Assembly: GCA_964648195.1 (NCBI GenBank)
Contig: CAZYLL010000007.1
Span: 64,102 to 128,101, forward strand
Source: an uncultured Anaerolineaceae bacterium
GTDB lineage: Bacteria; Chloroflexota; Dehalococcoidia; Tepidiformales; Tepidiformaceae
Direction of reading: 5' to 3'
DNA: 64,000 bases
The notes beneath the pieces were generated by a model that was not told where the DNA came from, made no database searches, and worked only from the letters and a program-made list of their open reading frames with translations. Positions 39,528 to 47,387 of the stretch are shown here, piece by piece (the first letter of the stretch is position 1; each line of letters begins with the position of its first letter). The translations under genes and the position numbers were made by a program.

Positions 39528-39977
39528 CTAACTCCCGCGCGACTGGATGATGGCCCAGGAGTTCCACGAGCCGTGGTCGAGGGCTGTCCTGTTCACGAGC
39601 GCGGAGCGCTCGGCGCGGTGACGCTGGAGCCGCTTCCGGGCGGCGGCGTTCTTCTGCCAGCTTCCAATGACGACATCGGCGCTCAGGCGGACCATGGCCA
39701 TATCGGCATCGGGCTGGCAGACGACGAAGAGGACGGCATCACCGATGTCGCGGGCCAAAAGCCGCCAGGTGTTGTAGGCGAATTCGAGCCTGGGAGCATC
39801 CTGGCCGGCGGCCTGCAGGGCGACGAACGCGCGCCCGACCTCGCGGCCGATGGTGTTCATGGTGACCGTGGCGAGCACGGCGGGGTTGGAGCTCACGATG
39901 ACATCGCCGCGGTTGTCGCAAAGGAACGACCCACCAACGCCAGGTACCGTGCTGATCTGCTCCAGCTCCTTTTCCAT
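39528..39977 (-). CDS. Roadblock/LC7 (MglB-like) domain protein
   Basis: It has LEQISTVPGVGGSFLCDNRGDVIVSS ... AFVALQAAGQD ... LEFAYNTWRLLARDIGDAVLFVVC and a basic C-terminal tail. Confidence 0.7.
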   Translation of the reverse strand: MEKELEQISTVPGVGGSFLCDNRGDVIVSSNPAVLATVTMNTIGREVGRAFVALQAAGQDAPRLEFAYNTWRLLARDIGDAVLFVVCQPDADMAMVRLSADVVIGSWQKNAAARKRLQRHRAERSALVNRTALDHGSWNSWAIIQSRGS

Positions 39978-39989
39978 GCCAGTCCCCTG

Positions 39990-41030
39990 CTAGGCCACGA
40001 GCTCGGCGAAGTCGTCGCGCAGGTTGAACCGATCGACGACGGCGGCGTGTTTTTCGCTGACACCTTCGAGCCGCTCGCGGATGCGTGTCTCGAGGTCGGC
40101 CCGCTTGAGCTGGAAGGCGAGCTTGGAGACGGTATCGCTGAGGCAATCACCGAGCGCCTTGCTGAACTCATCGGGCAGGGGGCCATCGAAGGCGACTTTG
40201 CCCGCGCGGTACTCGAATTCGGCGGCGAAGGGGTCGAGGAACGGGTAGGTGGGCGCGCGGGCGACGAGGACCTCCTTGAAGGCCATGAGGAAGCGGCCGG
40301 GCTTCGAGTATCCATCGGCAACGGACTCAACGGTGGCGACGACTTCGGACCAGAAGGCGAGCAGCGCCTCGCGGTGGGTCTCGGCGGCGGCGACGGGACC
40401 GGCAGGCCGGGCGGGCGCGCCATTGGCTGCTGGGGCCGGGGCGGCTTCGACGAACACGTTGAATGAGCCGCCGGAAGCGGTGACCAGCTGCACGATGGTG
40501 TTGAGGGCATCCTGGCCGGCGTTCAGGCCGGCGGGGGTGGAGAGGACGCTCTCGACCGGCTCGCCGTCGGCGAGGTAGATGACGCCGGTGCCCTGGCCAT
40601 CCCCGGCCTGGACTTCGACGTAGCCGGTCAGCCCATCGGAGCGGAGCTTGGCGATGAGGCGGTCGAGGCTGGTGAACGCGCTCGTGAGGTCCTTGTAGAG
40701 CGGGCGGGCATCCATGAGGCGATGGAGGAGGAGGACGACATCGGGGAAGGCGGAATAGACGTTGAGGGTGCCGTCCTTTTCGGTGGCGCGGGCAAGGATG
40801 CCGCGGACCGCGGGCGCGCCGGTGACGCGCCCGGCGCCGGACTCCTCGCAGGCGTTGACGATCTCGCCTTCAGAAAGGAGGAGCGTGCCGGTGTGGCCGG
40901 GGAAGGCGACCTCGACATAGCCGGTGAGCCGGCGGGACTGGAGGTCGGCGAGGAGCGCCTCGAAGGAGGTGAACGAAGTGTTCAGGTTGGCGTAGAGGGT
41001 ACGGTCTCGGGGGAACATCATCGTGGTCAA
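39990..41030 (-). CDS. protein with two tandem PATAN/DUF4388-like modules plus an unknown helical C-terminal domain
   Basis: An internal repeat is visible: FTSFEALLADLQSRRLTGYVEV..GTLLLSEGEIVNA versus FTSLDRLIAKLRSDGLTGYVEV..GVIYLADGEPVES. Confidence 0.6.
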   Translation of the reverse strand: MTTMMFPRDRTLYANLNTSFTSFEALLADLQSRRLTGYVEVAFPGHTGTLLLSEGEIVNACEESGAGRVTGAPAVRGILARATEKDGTLNVYSAFPDVVLLLHRLMDARPLYKDLTSAFTSLDRLIAKLRSDGLTGYVEVQAGDGQGTGVIYLADGEPVESVLSTPAGLNAGQDALNTIVQLVTASGGSFNVFVEAAPAPAANGAPARPAGPVAAAETHREALLAFWSEVVATVESVADGYSKPGRFLMAFKEVLVARAPTYPFLDPFAAEFEYRAGKVAFDGPLPDEFSKALGDCLSDTVSKLAFQLKRADLETRIRERLEGVSEKHAAVVDRFNLRDDFAELVA

Positions 41031-41446
41031 CTCCTCGATGCGGGGTTCGAAGCGAGCGCCAGCCGGCGCAGCAGTTGAGCAACCGAAGGAAGGACGGCGG
41101 TGGCCCGGCCGGCGCTGGTGAGAAGCGAAAGGTACGTGCGCCCATCGACGGGGCAGATAAGCGTTTCCGACACGCCGGGGCCTGCGATGAGGACGTGGTC
41201 GAGACGGCTGCCGGCGAGCTGGCGGCCCATGCCCCGGAGGTCGCCATCAACCGGGAGTGCTTCGGCGCGGAGGGCCACGAAACTGGCGAGAGCAGCCTCG
41301 CGGGGCGCGTTGGGACAGCCGCTGGCGCCGAGCGCCCTGCCATCGGCATCGCAGACCAGGGCCGACCGGACGCCATCGAGCGCAGCGGCAGCAGCGGCAA
41401 GCCGGGGAGCGAGGGCCGGGTCGAACGAGACGGTTGGCGCGGGCAT
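41027..41446 (-). CDS. Roadblock/LC7-like protein
   Basis: This 139-aa protein has LDGVRSALVCDADGRALGASG ... LDHVLIAGPGVSETLICPVDGRTYLSLLT. Its stop overlaps the start of the next gene (ATGA). Confidence 0.6.
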   Translation of the reverse strand: MPAPTVSFDPALAPRLAAAAAALDGVRSALVCDADGRALGASGCPNAPREAALASFVALRAEALPVDGDLRGMGRQLAGSRLDHVLIAGPGVSETLICPVDGRTYLSLLTSAGRATAVLPSVAQLLRRLALASNPASRS

Positions 41447-41481
41447 GGTGGCGTCCTCGGTCGGGGGTTGGCTCGATGGTT

Positions 41482-42708
41482 TCAGGCGGCGGCGCGGCGC
41501 TGGCGCAGGCGCTCGATGGCGGAACGGAGGCTGGCCTGCATGCGGCGGAGCGATTCGGCGAGCTGGCCGACTTCGTTGCGACCTTCGACATCGATTTCGA
41601 CGTTGAGTTCGCCGAGGCTCATGCGGTCGGCAACATCGGCCAGGTGCTTGAGCGGGCGGGTGATGGTGGCGGAGATAAAGACGGCCAGGGCGAGCGCAAG
41701 CAGGATCACGCCGAGGGCGGCGCCACCGTAGGTGTAGAACTCCTGCTGGGCCTGGCTGGTGCGTTCATCGAAGCGTGCGTCGAGGGTTTCCTGGGCAGCG
41801 GAGAGGAGCTGATTCGAGAGGTCGATGGCGCTTCCGCCGAGGAGGAAGTAGCCTTCGGCGCCGGTGGTGGAGAGGATGTTGGCGTTGATGATGTTGTTGG
41901 TGGTGGATTCGCCGAAGACGTTGCGCGACGTCTCGGCGCGGCGTGCGATCGGGCGGAGGGATTCCTCGAAATCGGCATTCGCGGCCATCGCGGTTTCGAG
42001 CGCGCGGGAGAGGGCATCGGCGTGGGCGGCAGCGAGGCTCATCTGCGAGACGAGGTAGGCCTTCTGCTCGGCGGTGGCGGACTGGCCCTGGCGGGCGATG
42101 AGGGCGGCGGTGCCGAAGCTGCGGGCCTGGGAAAGCGCTTCGGTGAGGCGGGGCAGGGAATCGGTGAGGGCGACGATGACGCTGCGGCTATCGAGGTCGG
42201 GGTCGAGCACGAGCCGGGACTCGACGGAGACCGTGGAGAGCAGCGGGAAGATGCCCTGTTCGATGAGGCGGGTGTGGGCGGCGTTGGAATCGATCGCGCT
42301 CGACCGGGAATCCTTGACTTTGGGCCACTCGGAATTCAGGAACTGGACGAGTTCGCCAGTCCCAAGGGCATCGCCGTGGCGGGAGTTCATGTCGTTGATG
42401 ACGGCGAGGGCGGCATCGGCGGCCGCCGCGGTGCGAACCATGTTATCGCGCGAGAACTCGTCGCCGCTGAGGACGCGCTGGACAAGGCCGCGGTGGATCT
42501 GCACTTCGCGGAGGAAGGGGACGATGGCGGCGACGTAGTCGAGGCCATCGGATTCGGCGCTCGCCTGTTCCTGCGTCTCGGTGCGCTGCTGGTACTGGAC
42601 GAAGAGGAGCGCGGCGATGGGCAGCGCGAGGACGACGACAATGAGGCCGAGTTTGTTGGAGATGCCGAGGTTGGCGATGGCGGAAAAACCGGGCAGGTGA
42701 CGACGCAT
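41482..42708 (-). CDS. membrane sensor with a NIT-like extracytoplasmic domain and HAMP, without an output domain
   Basis: TM1 is LGLIVVVLALPIAALLFV. NIT-like motifs are FLREVQIHRGLVQRVL and LSQARSFGTAALIARQ. TM2 is AALGVILLALALAVFISATI. The HAMP domain is TRPLKHLADVADRMSLGELNVEIDVEGRNEVGQLAESLRRM. The protein ends about 20 aa after HAMP. A GGAGGGA RBS precedes ATG 42708. Confidence 0.75.
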   Translation of the reverse strand: MRRHLPGFSAIANLGISNKLGLIVVVLALPIAALLFVQYQQRTETQEQASAESDGLDYVAAIVPFLREVQIHRGLVQRVLSGDEFSRDNMVRTAAAADAALAVINDMNSRHGDALGTGELVQFLNSEWPKVKDSRSSAIDSNAAHTRLIEQGIFPLLSTVSVESRLVLDPDLDSRSVIVALTDSLPRLTEALSQARSFGTAALIARQGQSATAEQKAYLVSQMSLAAAHADALSRALETAMAANADFEESLRPIARRAETSRNVFGESTTNNIINANILSTTGAEGYFLLGGSAIDLSNQLLSAAQETLDARFDERTSQAQQEFYTYGGAALGVILLALALAVFISATITRPLKHLADVADRMSLGELNVEIDVEGRNEVGQLAESLRRMQASLRSAIERLRQRRAAA

Positions 42709-43126
42709 GCTCCCTCCAAGGTGACCCGGGCGATGTCTGGCTGGGAATCCCGGGCAAGGCCGGGCCCGCGTGGGGCCTGGCACTCCCTGCTATTTCCAGA
42801 ATCGACGCCCGGCGTACACGGATAAGGTGGCAACTGCGTGGAGCAGGGGGCGCAGGACCGGGAACCACGCCTCCAGGCGCGGGGGTTATGCGGGCCGGGC
42901 GAGGAGGAGCGCCGCAGCTTCGGGCGGCCGTAGATTCACCGGGGGTGTGGGGGCGTTCCAGTGCGGGGGCGCGTGGCGCCGCGGCGGGTGGATGAGGGGG
43001 TTTCGCACGAAAATTCCTGCGTTGCCGGCGGCGCGGGCGTGGACCGCACGAAGGCCCCAAGAAAGGGGCCAGGGTGAGGTCGAACGCGCCGCAATGGGGG
43101 TAGACTCAGGGCCACGGAGGACAGCG

Positions 43127-44164
43127 ATGCGAATAGCGATTGGCTTCGGTGGCGGGCCAGACTGGGCACGGGCGGCTGCGTTCGTGCAGGAAGCGGAGAA
43201 GCTGGGTGTGGACTTCTGCTGGACCGCGGAGACCTGGGGTTTCGACGCGGCCACGCCGATCGGGTACCTGGCGGGAAAGACCGAGAAGATCCGGCTGGGC
43301 ACGGGCATCATGCAGCTGGGTTCGCGCTCCCCGGCGATGCTGGGGATGACGGCACTGACCCTGAACTCGATGTCGAACGGGCGGTTCACGCTGGGGCTGG
43401 GGGCGAGCGGGCCGCAGGTGGTGGAAGGGTGGCACGGCGTGCGGTTCGCGCACACAGTGCCGCGCATCCGCGATGCGGTGAACATCGTGCGAATGGTGAC
43501 GCGAGGCGAGCGGGTGGCCTACCAGGGCGAGTACTACGAGCTGCCGCTCCCGGGGGGAGAGGGCAAGGCGCTGAAGAGCTCGGCGCCGCCGGCGCAGATC
43601 CCCATCTACCTTGCGACACTCAGCCCGAAGTCGCTCGAACTCACGGGGGAGATCGCGGACGGGTGGATCGGCACGTCGTTCATGCCGGAACACGCGGATG
43701 TCTTCTTCGACCACATGCGCAGGGGCGCGGAGCGGGCGGGGCGCAGCCTGAAGGACATCGACATTCAAGCCGCCGCCGGGGTTGTGCAGTTCTCAGACGA
43801 CCTGGAGCGCATCATCCCACCGCGAAAGCCGGGACTGGCGTTCACGCTCGGTGCGATGGGCTCGCGCCAGCACAACTTCTACAACGCGGCGTACCGGCGG
43901 GCGGGGTATGCCGACGAGGCGGTGGCGGTCCAGAAGCTGTGGCTCGAGGGGAGGCGTGACGAGGCTGCCGCGCTCGTGCCCGACGAGATGGTGCTGCAAT
44001 CGAACCTGCTTGGGACGGAAGCGATGGTGCGCGAACGCATCCGGAAGCACCGGGATGCGGGCGTGAACACCATCCGCGTGCAGCCGGAGGGCGCGACCAT
44101 GGAGGAGCGGCTGGAGACGCTGGCGCGCGTGGTGCGGATCATCCGGGAAGAGGCGCCGGAGTAG
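43127..44164 (+). CDS. LLM-class F420-dependent oxidoreductase
   Basis: It has GVDFCWTAETWGFDAATPIGYLAGKTEKIRLGTGIMQLGSRSPAML. A GGAGGA RBS and an upstream TAGACT (43101) precede the start. The track ORF extension was rejected. Confidence 0.85.
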   Translation: MRIAIGFGGGPDWARAAAFVQEAEKLGVDFCWTAETWGFDAATPIGYLAGKTEKIRLGTGIMQLGSRSPAMLGMTALTLNSMSNGRFTLGLGASGPQVVEGWHGVRFAHTVPRIRDAVNIVRMVTRGERVAYQGEYYELPLPGGEGKALKSSAPPAQIPIYLATLSPKSLELTGEIADGWIGTSFMPEHADVFFDHMRRGAERAGRSLKDIDIQAAAGVVQFSDDLERIIPPRKPGLAFTLGAMGSRQHNFYNAAYRRAGYADEAVAVQKLWLEGRRDEAAALVPDEMVLQSNLLGTEAMVRERIRKHRDAGVNTIRVQPEGATMEERLETLARVVRIIREEAPE

Positions 44165-44172
44165 CGGCGTCC

Positions 44173-45111
44173 CTACGAGCCGGCGAGGAAGCGGCGCGGG
44201 ACTTCGCGAATCATCATGTCGATGGCCGACTCCGGGACACCCTGGGCGAGGAGCGCGGGGATGGCGACCGTGCTGACGAAGAGGTAGCGGGTAGGGCCGG
44301 GGTTTGGGGGCGCTGCCTGGCCCCGGACAACCGCCGCGGGCGCGTGGTCATGTCCGAGCATGAGGCGGCTGGCCCAGCCCTTCTCGATGAGCGCCTTCAC
44401 GGTTGCGTTCCGCTGCTCCCAGTTGGGGCGGCCCGCGGCCCCGGGGTAGCGGTCCATGGAAAGGTACACGCCGGTCCGGAGGAGGTCCTCGAGGTAGGCC
44501 ACGTCAGTGGTGTCGGCGCTGTGGCCGATGGCGATGCGGTCCATGGGCGCACCTTCCTCCTGGAAGATCTCGACCTGGCGGCGGCCAACCTCTTGGGGAG
44601 CCCAGTGGTGGGTGCTGATGGGGCAGCCGGTGCGCTTGAGAGCGCGGGCGGCGCCGCGGAGGATGCGTTCGCCTTCGGGAGAGACACCGCCCATGTCGTT
44701 GGCGACCTTGATACAGCCTGCCTTGATGCCGGAATCGCCGATGCCAACCTCGATTTCGCGGACGAAGATGTCGGCAATCTCGTCGATATCGCGCGTCCAG
44801 AACGAACGGGGGATATCGCGCCAGATGCCGGTGGCGACGACGACGTTCACGCCCGAAGCGCGGGAGACATCGCGGACGAACTCGACATCGCGGCCGAGGT
44901 CAGGCGTGGTGAGGTCGATCAGGGTATCGACGCCGCCGGCCTTTGCTTCGGAGAGTTCGCGGATGGCGTTGGCGCGGGTGGCCTCCCAATCAAAGCGCCA
45001 GGGGTAGTGATGGTTGTCTTCGCCCATGCTGACGAGGACGTGCTCGTGGCTGAGGACGGTGCCGAGCTCCCCGGCGGGGACAGGGCCAAGGGCGGTTTCG
45101 ACGGTAGGCAT
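44173..45111 (-). CDS. phosphotriesterase-related (PHP/amidohydrolase) protein
   Basis: It has LSHEHVLV (HxH metal ligands), a TIM-barrel amidohydrolase pattern, GHSAD and LGHDH. Confidence 0.85.
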   Translation of the reverse strand: MPTVETALGPVPAGELGTVLSHEHVLVSMGEDNHHYPWRFDWEATRANAIRELSEAKAGGVDTLIDLTTPDLGRDVEFVRDVSRASGVNVVVATGIWRDIPRSFWTRDIDEIADIFVREIEVGIGDSGIKAGCIKVANDMGGVSPEGERILRGAARALKRTGCPISTHHWAPQEVGRRQVEIFQEEGAPMDRIAIGHSADTTDVAYLEDLLRTGVYLSMDRYPGAAGRPNWEQRNATVKALIEKGWASRLMLGHDHAPAAVVRGQAAPPNPGPTRYLFVSTVAIPALLAQGVPESAIDMMIREVPRRFLAGS

Positions 45112-45287
45112 GGCGGCTGCTCCGGCGGAAGGTGGTGTGATTCTGAGGGCAGGCGGGAAATGGGTCGAGAAATTGCGGCAGGCTTTCGCAGACAACCGTC
45201 ATCCGCCTGACAACGGTTCGACCGTGCGGTAGACTCCGGCCACGCAGCCCGTGCCCGAGTCGGGCCGTTTGCTCATGGAGGTGCCCA

Positions 45288-45722
45288 ATGCCTGAGTTTC
45301 CGTCTGTCGAGTGGTTCAAGACCGCAGCCGACCTGTTGAACAAGTCCGATAGCTTCAAGCGGCTTGGAACGTGCGACGCCGAGATGGGCGTGCAGGTGGA
45401 TAACAAGTACTACGAGATCGATTTCGAGGCGTTCGAAGTGAAGGACGTGAAGGAAATCGATGCGAAGCGGGCGGAGGAGCTCGACTTCGTGCTGGTGCAA
45501 TCGCTGGACGCCTGGAAGGCGATGCTGGACGACATCAAGGCGCACGGGCGGGCAACGCACGAGTACACGCTGAACTCGCTCGACCTGCGGAGCGCGGAGG
45601 AATTCGCGCGGGGGAAGGACTACCACCGCAGGGACGCGTTCTACCGGTTCAACCAGACGTTCCAGGAGTACTTCGACATCTCCTCGCAGATGGAGACGAC
45701 GTTCCCGGCGGCGGTAGCCTAA
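45288..45722 (+). CDS. hypothetical protein, possibly SCP2-like fold
   Basis: This 144-aa ORF has a GGAGG RBS and an N-terminus FPSVEWFKTAADLLNKSDSFKRLG reminiscent of SCP2-type proteins. The family call is tentative. Confidence 0.45.
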   Translation: MPEFPSVEWFKTAADLLNKSDSFKRLGTCDAEMGVQVDNKYYEIDFEAFEVKDVKEIDAKRAEELDFVLVQSLDAWKAMLDDIKAHGRATHEYTLNSLDLRSAEEFARGKDYHRRDAFYRFNQTFQEYFDISSQMETTFPAAVA

Positions 45723-45827
45723 GGATCAGAGCTGTTCGGCCAAGGCAGTGCGCCGGGTCGCCCCGTGAAGGTGGCGGTCCGGCGCGTTCGCGTGTGCTGG
45801 GCCCGGCCACTTGCAGGATGCATCCGG

Positions 45828-45833
45828 TAGACT
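45828..45833 (+). promoter_or_regulatory. -10-like TAGACT 6 nt upstream of the LigD-Pol ATG (predicts a leaderless mRNA)
   Basis: Read directly as cGGTAGACTgccgggATG. Confidence 0.4.
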
Positions 45834-45839
45834 GCCGGG

Positions 45840-46898
45840 ATGGCGGACCCATCGATCGTCATCGAGGCGGCTGGCCGCGAGGTGACCGTCACCAACCCGG
45901 GGAAGGTGTTCTTCCCGAAGGCTGGCTTTACGAAGCTGGACCTGGTGCGGTATTACCTCTCGGTTGCCGATGGTGCGCTCCGCGGCGTGATGAACCGGCC
46001 GATGGTGCTGAAGCGGTTTGTCAACGGCGTGGAAGAGAAGCCTTTCTTCCAGAAGCGGGCGCCCGCGAACCTGCCATGGGGCATCGAGACCGCACGCGTG
46101 ACGTTTCCGAGCGGAAGGAGGGCGGACCTGTGCGTGATCGATGATGCGGCGGACCTGGCATGGGTGATCAACCTTGGGTGCGTGGACTTGAACCCGTGGG
46201 CGGTGCGAGCCAGCGACGTAGAGCACCCCGACGAGCTGCGAATCGACCTGGATCCCACACCAGAGGCGACCTTCGCGATGGTGCGCGAGCTTGCGCTTGT
46301 GTGCCGCGACGTGCTGGCGGATTACGGGTACACGGGATACCCGAAGACGTCCGGGAGCCGGGGCATCCACATTAACGTGAGGATCGAGCCAAGGTGGACG
46401 TTCACGGAGGTGCGCCAGTGCGCGCTGGCGTTCGGGCGGGAGTGCGAGCGCCGCGCGCCGGAACTGGCGACGACGAAGTGGTGGAAAGAAGAGCGGCACG
46501 GGGTGTTCATCGACTACAACCAGAATGCGCGCGACCGGACGGTCGCCTCCGCCTATTCGGTACGTCCGACGCCGAACGCGCAGGTCTCGACGCCGCTGGA
46601 GTGGGACGAGGTGGGGACGGTGGAGCTGGCGGACTTCACGGTCGCGAACGTGCCGCGGCGGTTTGCGGAGCTGGGCGACCCGGGGGCGGGTATCGATGAC
46701 CGGGCATTCTCGCTTGAGCCGCTATTGGAGTTGAGCCGGAAGCAGTCGGAGGCGGGGCTGGGCGATGCGCCGTATCCGCCGCACTACCCGAAGGCACCGG
46801 GAGAGCCGCGACGGGTGCAGCCGAGCAAGGCAAAGAAGGATGCAGAAGCCGCCAGGACGCGAAGAGCGCCCGGGGGAGCGCCAAGGGCTTCTGAATAA
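45840..46898 (+). CDS. NHEJ polymerase/primase (stand-alone LigD Pol domain)
   Basis: It has VTNPGKVFFPKAGFTKLDLVRYY, KPFFQKRAP and KTSGSRGIHINV, followed by a basic C-terminal tail. Confidence 0.88.
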   Translation: MADPSIVIEAAGREVTVTNPGKVFFPKAGFTKLDLVRYYLSVADGALRGVMNRPMVLKRFVNGVEEKPFFQKRAPANLPWGIETARVTFPSGRRADLCVIDDAADLAWVINLGCVDLNPWAVRASDVEHPDELRIDLDPTPEATFAMVRELALVCRDVLADYGYTGYPKTSGSRGIHINVRIEPRWTFTEVRQCALAFGRECERRAPELATTKWWKEERHGVFIDYNQNARDRTVASAYSVRPTPNAQVSTPLEWDEVGTVELADFTVANVPRRFAELGDPGAGIDDRAFSLEPLLELSRKQSEAGLGDAPYPPHYPKAPGEPRRVQPSKAKKDAEAARTRRAPGGAPRASE

Positions 46899-46916
46899 TG
46901 AGGCGTTCGGAGGCTG

Positions 46917-47195
46917 TCAGCCGCCGACGACGACGTTCCATTCGCGGATACGGTGGGCGGTGACGAGGCCGTTGGCCACGTAGGGATCGCGGGAGACGAA
47001 CTCCTCGGCAGCCTCACGCGAGGTGAAGACGAAGACGGCACCGTCGACCGGGTCGGCATAGGCGCCGGCGAGCTTGAGCTTTCCATCGGCGAGGAAGGCG
47101 CGAGCGAGATCGAGGTGGGCCGGGCGAAAGGGGTCGCGCCTGGTGAGCACGTCGGGGACGTAGTCGTAGAACAGGAGGTAGTGCATGGGGCTCAT
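46917..47195 (-). CDS. YciI family protein
   Basis: This 92-aa protein has MHYLLFYDYVPDVLTRRDPFRPAHLD ... FVSRDPYVANGLV. Confidence 0.8.
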   Translation of the reverse strand: MSPMHYLLFYDYVPDVLTRRDPFRPAHLDLARAFLADGKLKLAGAYADPVDGAVFVFTSREAAEEFVSRDPYVANGLVTAHRIREWNVVVGG

Positions 47196-47387
47196 CGTAC
47201 GGGATGAAAGCCCGGTGCCACGTATTCACAGGTCTCCGTGCTTCCACAGGCCCCAGAGTCTCCGTGCCACGGCCGCCGGGTCCTCATCGAGCCCGGCGTT
47301 GTAGCGGGCCAAGTAGCGCAGGAGGTTGCGCAGGTCCCGCTCGACATGGACAAGAGCGAGGGCGGCTGGAGCCGATGGCACGCTCAG

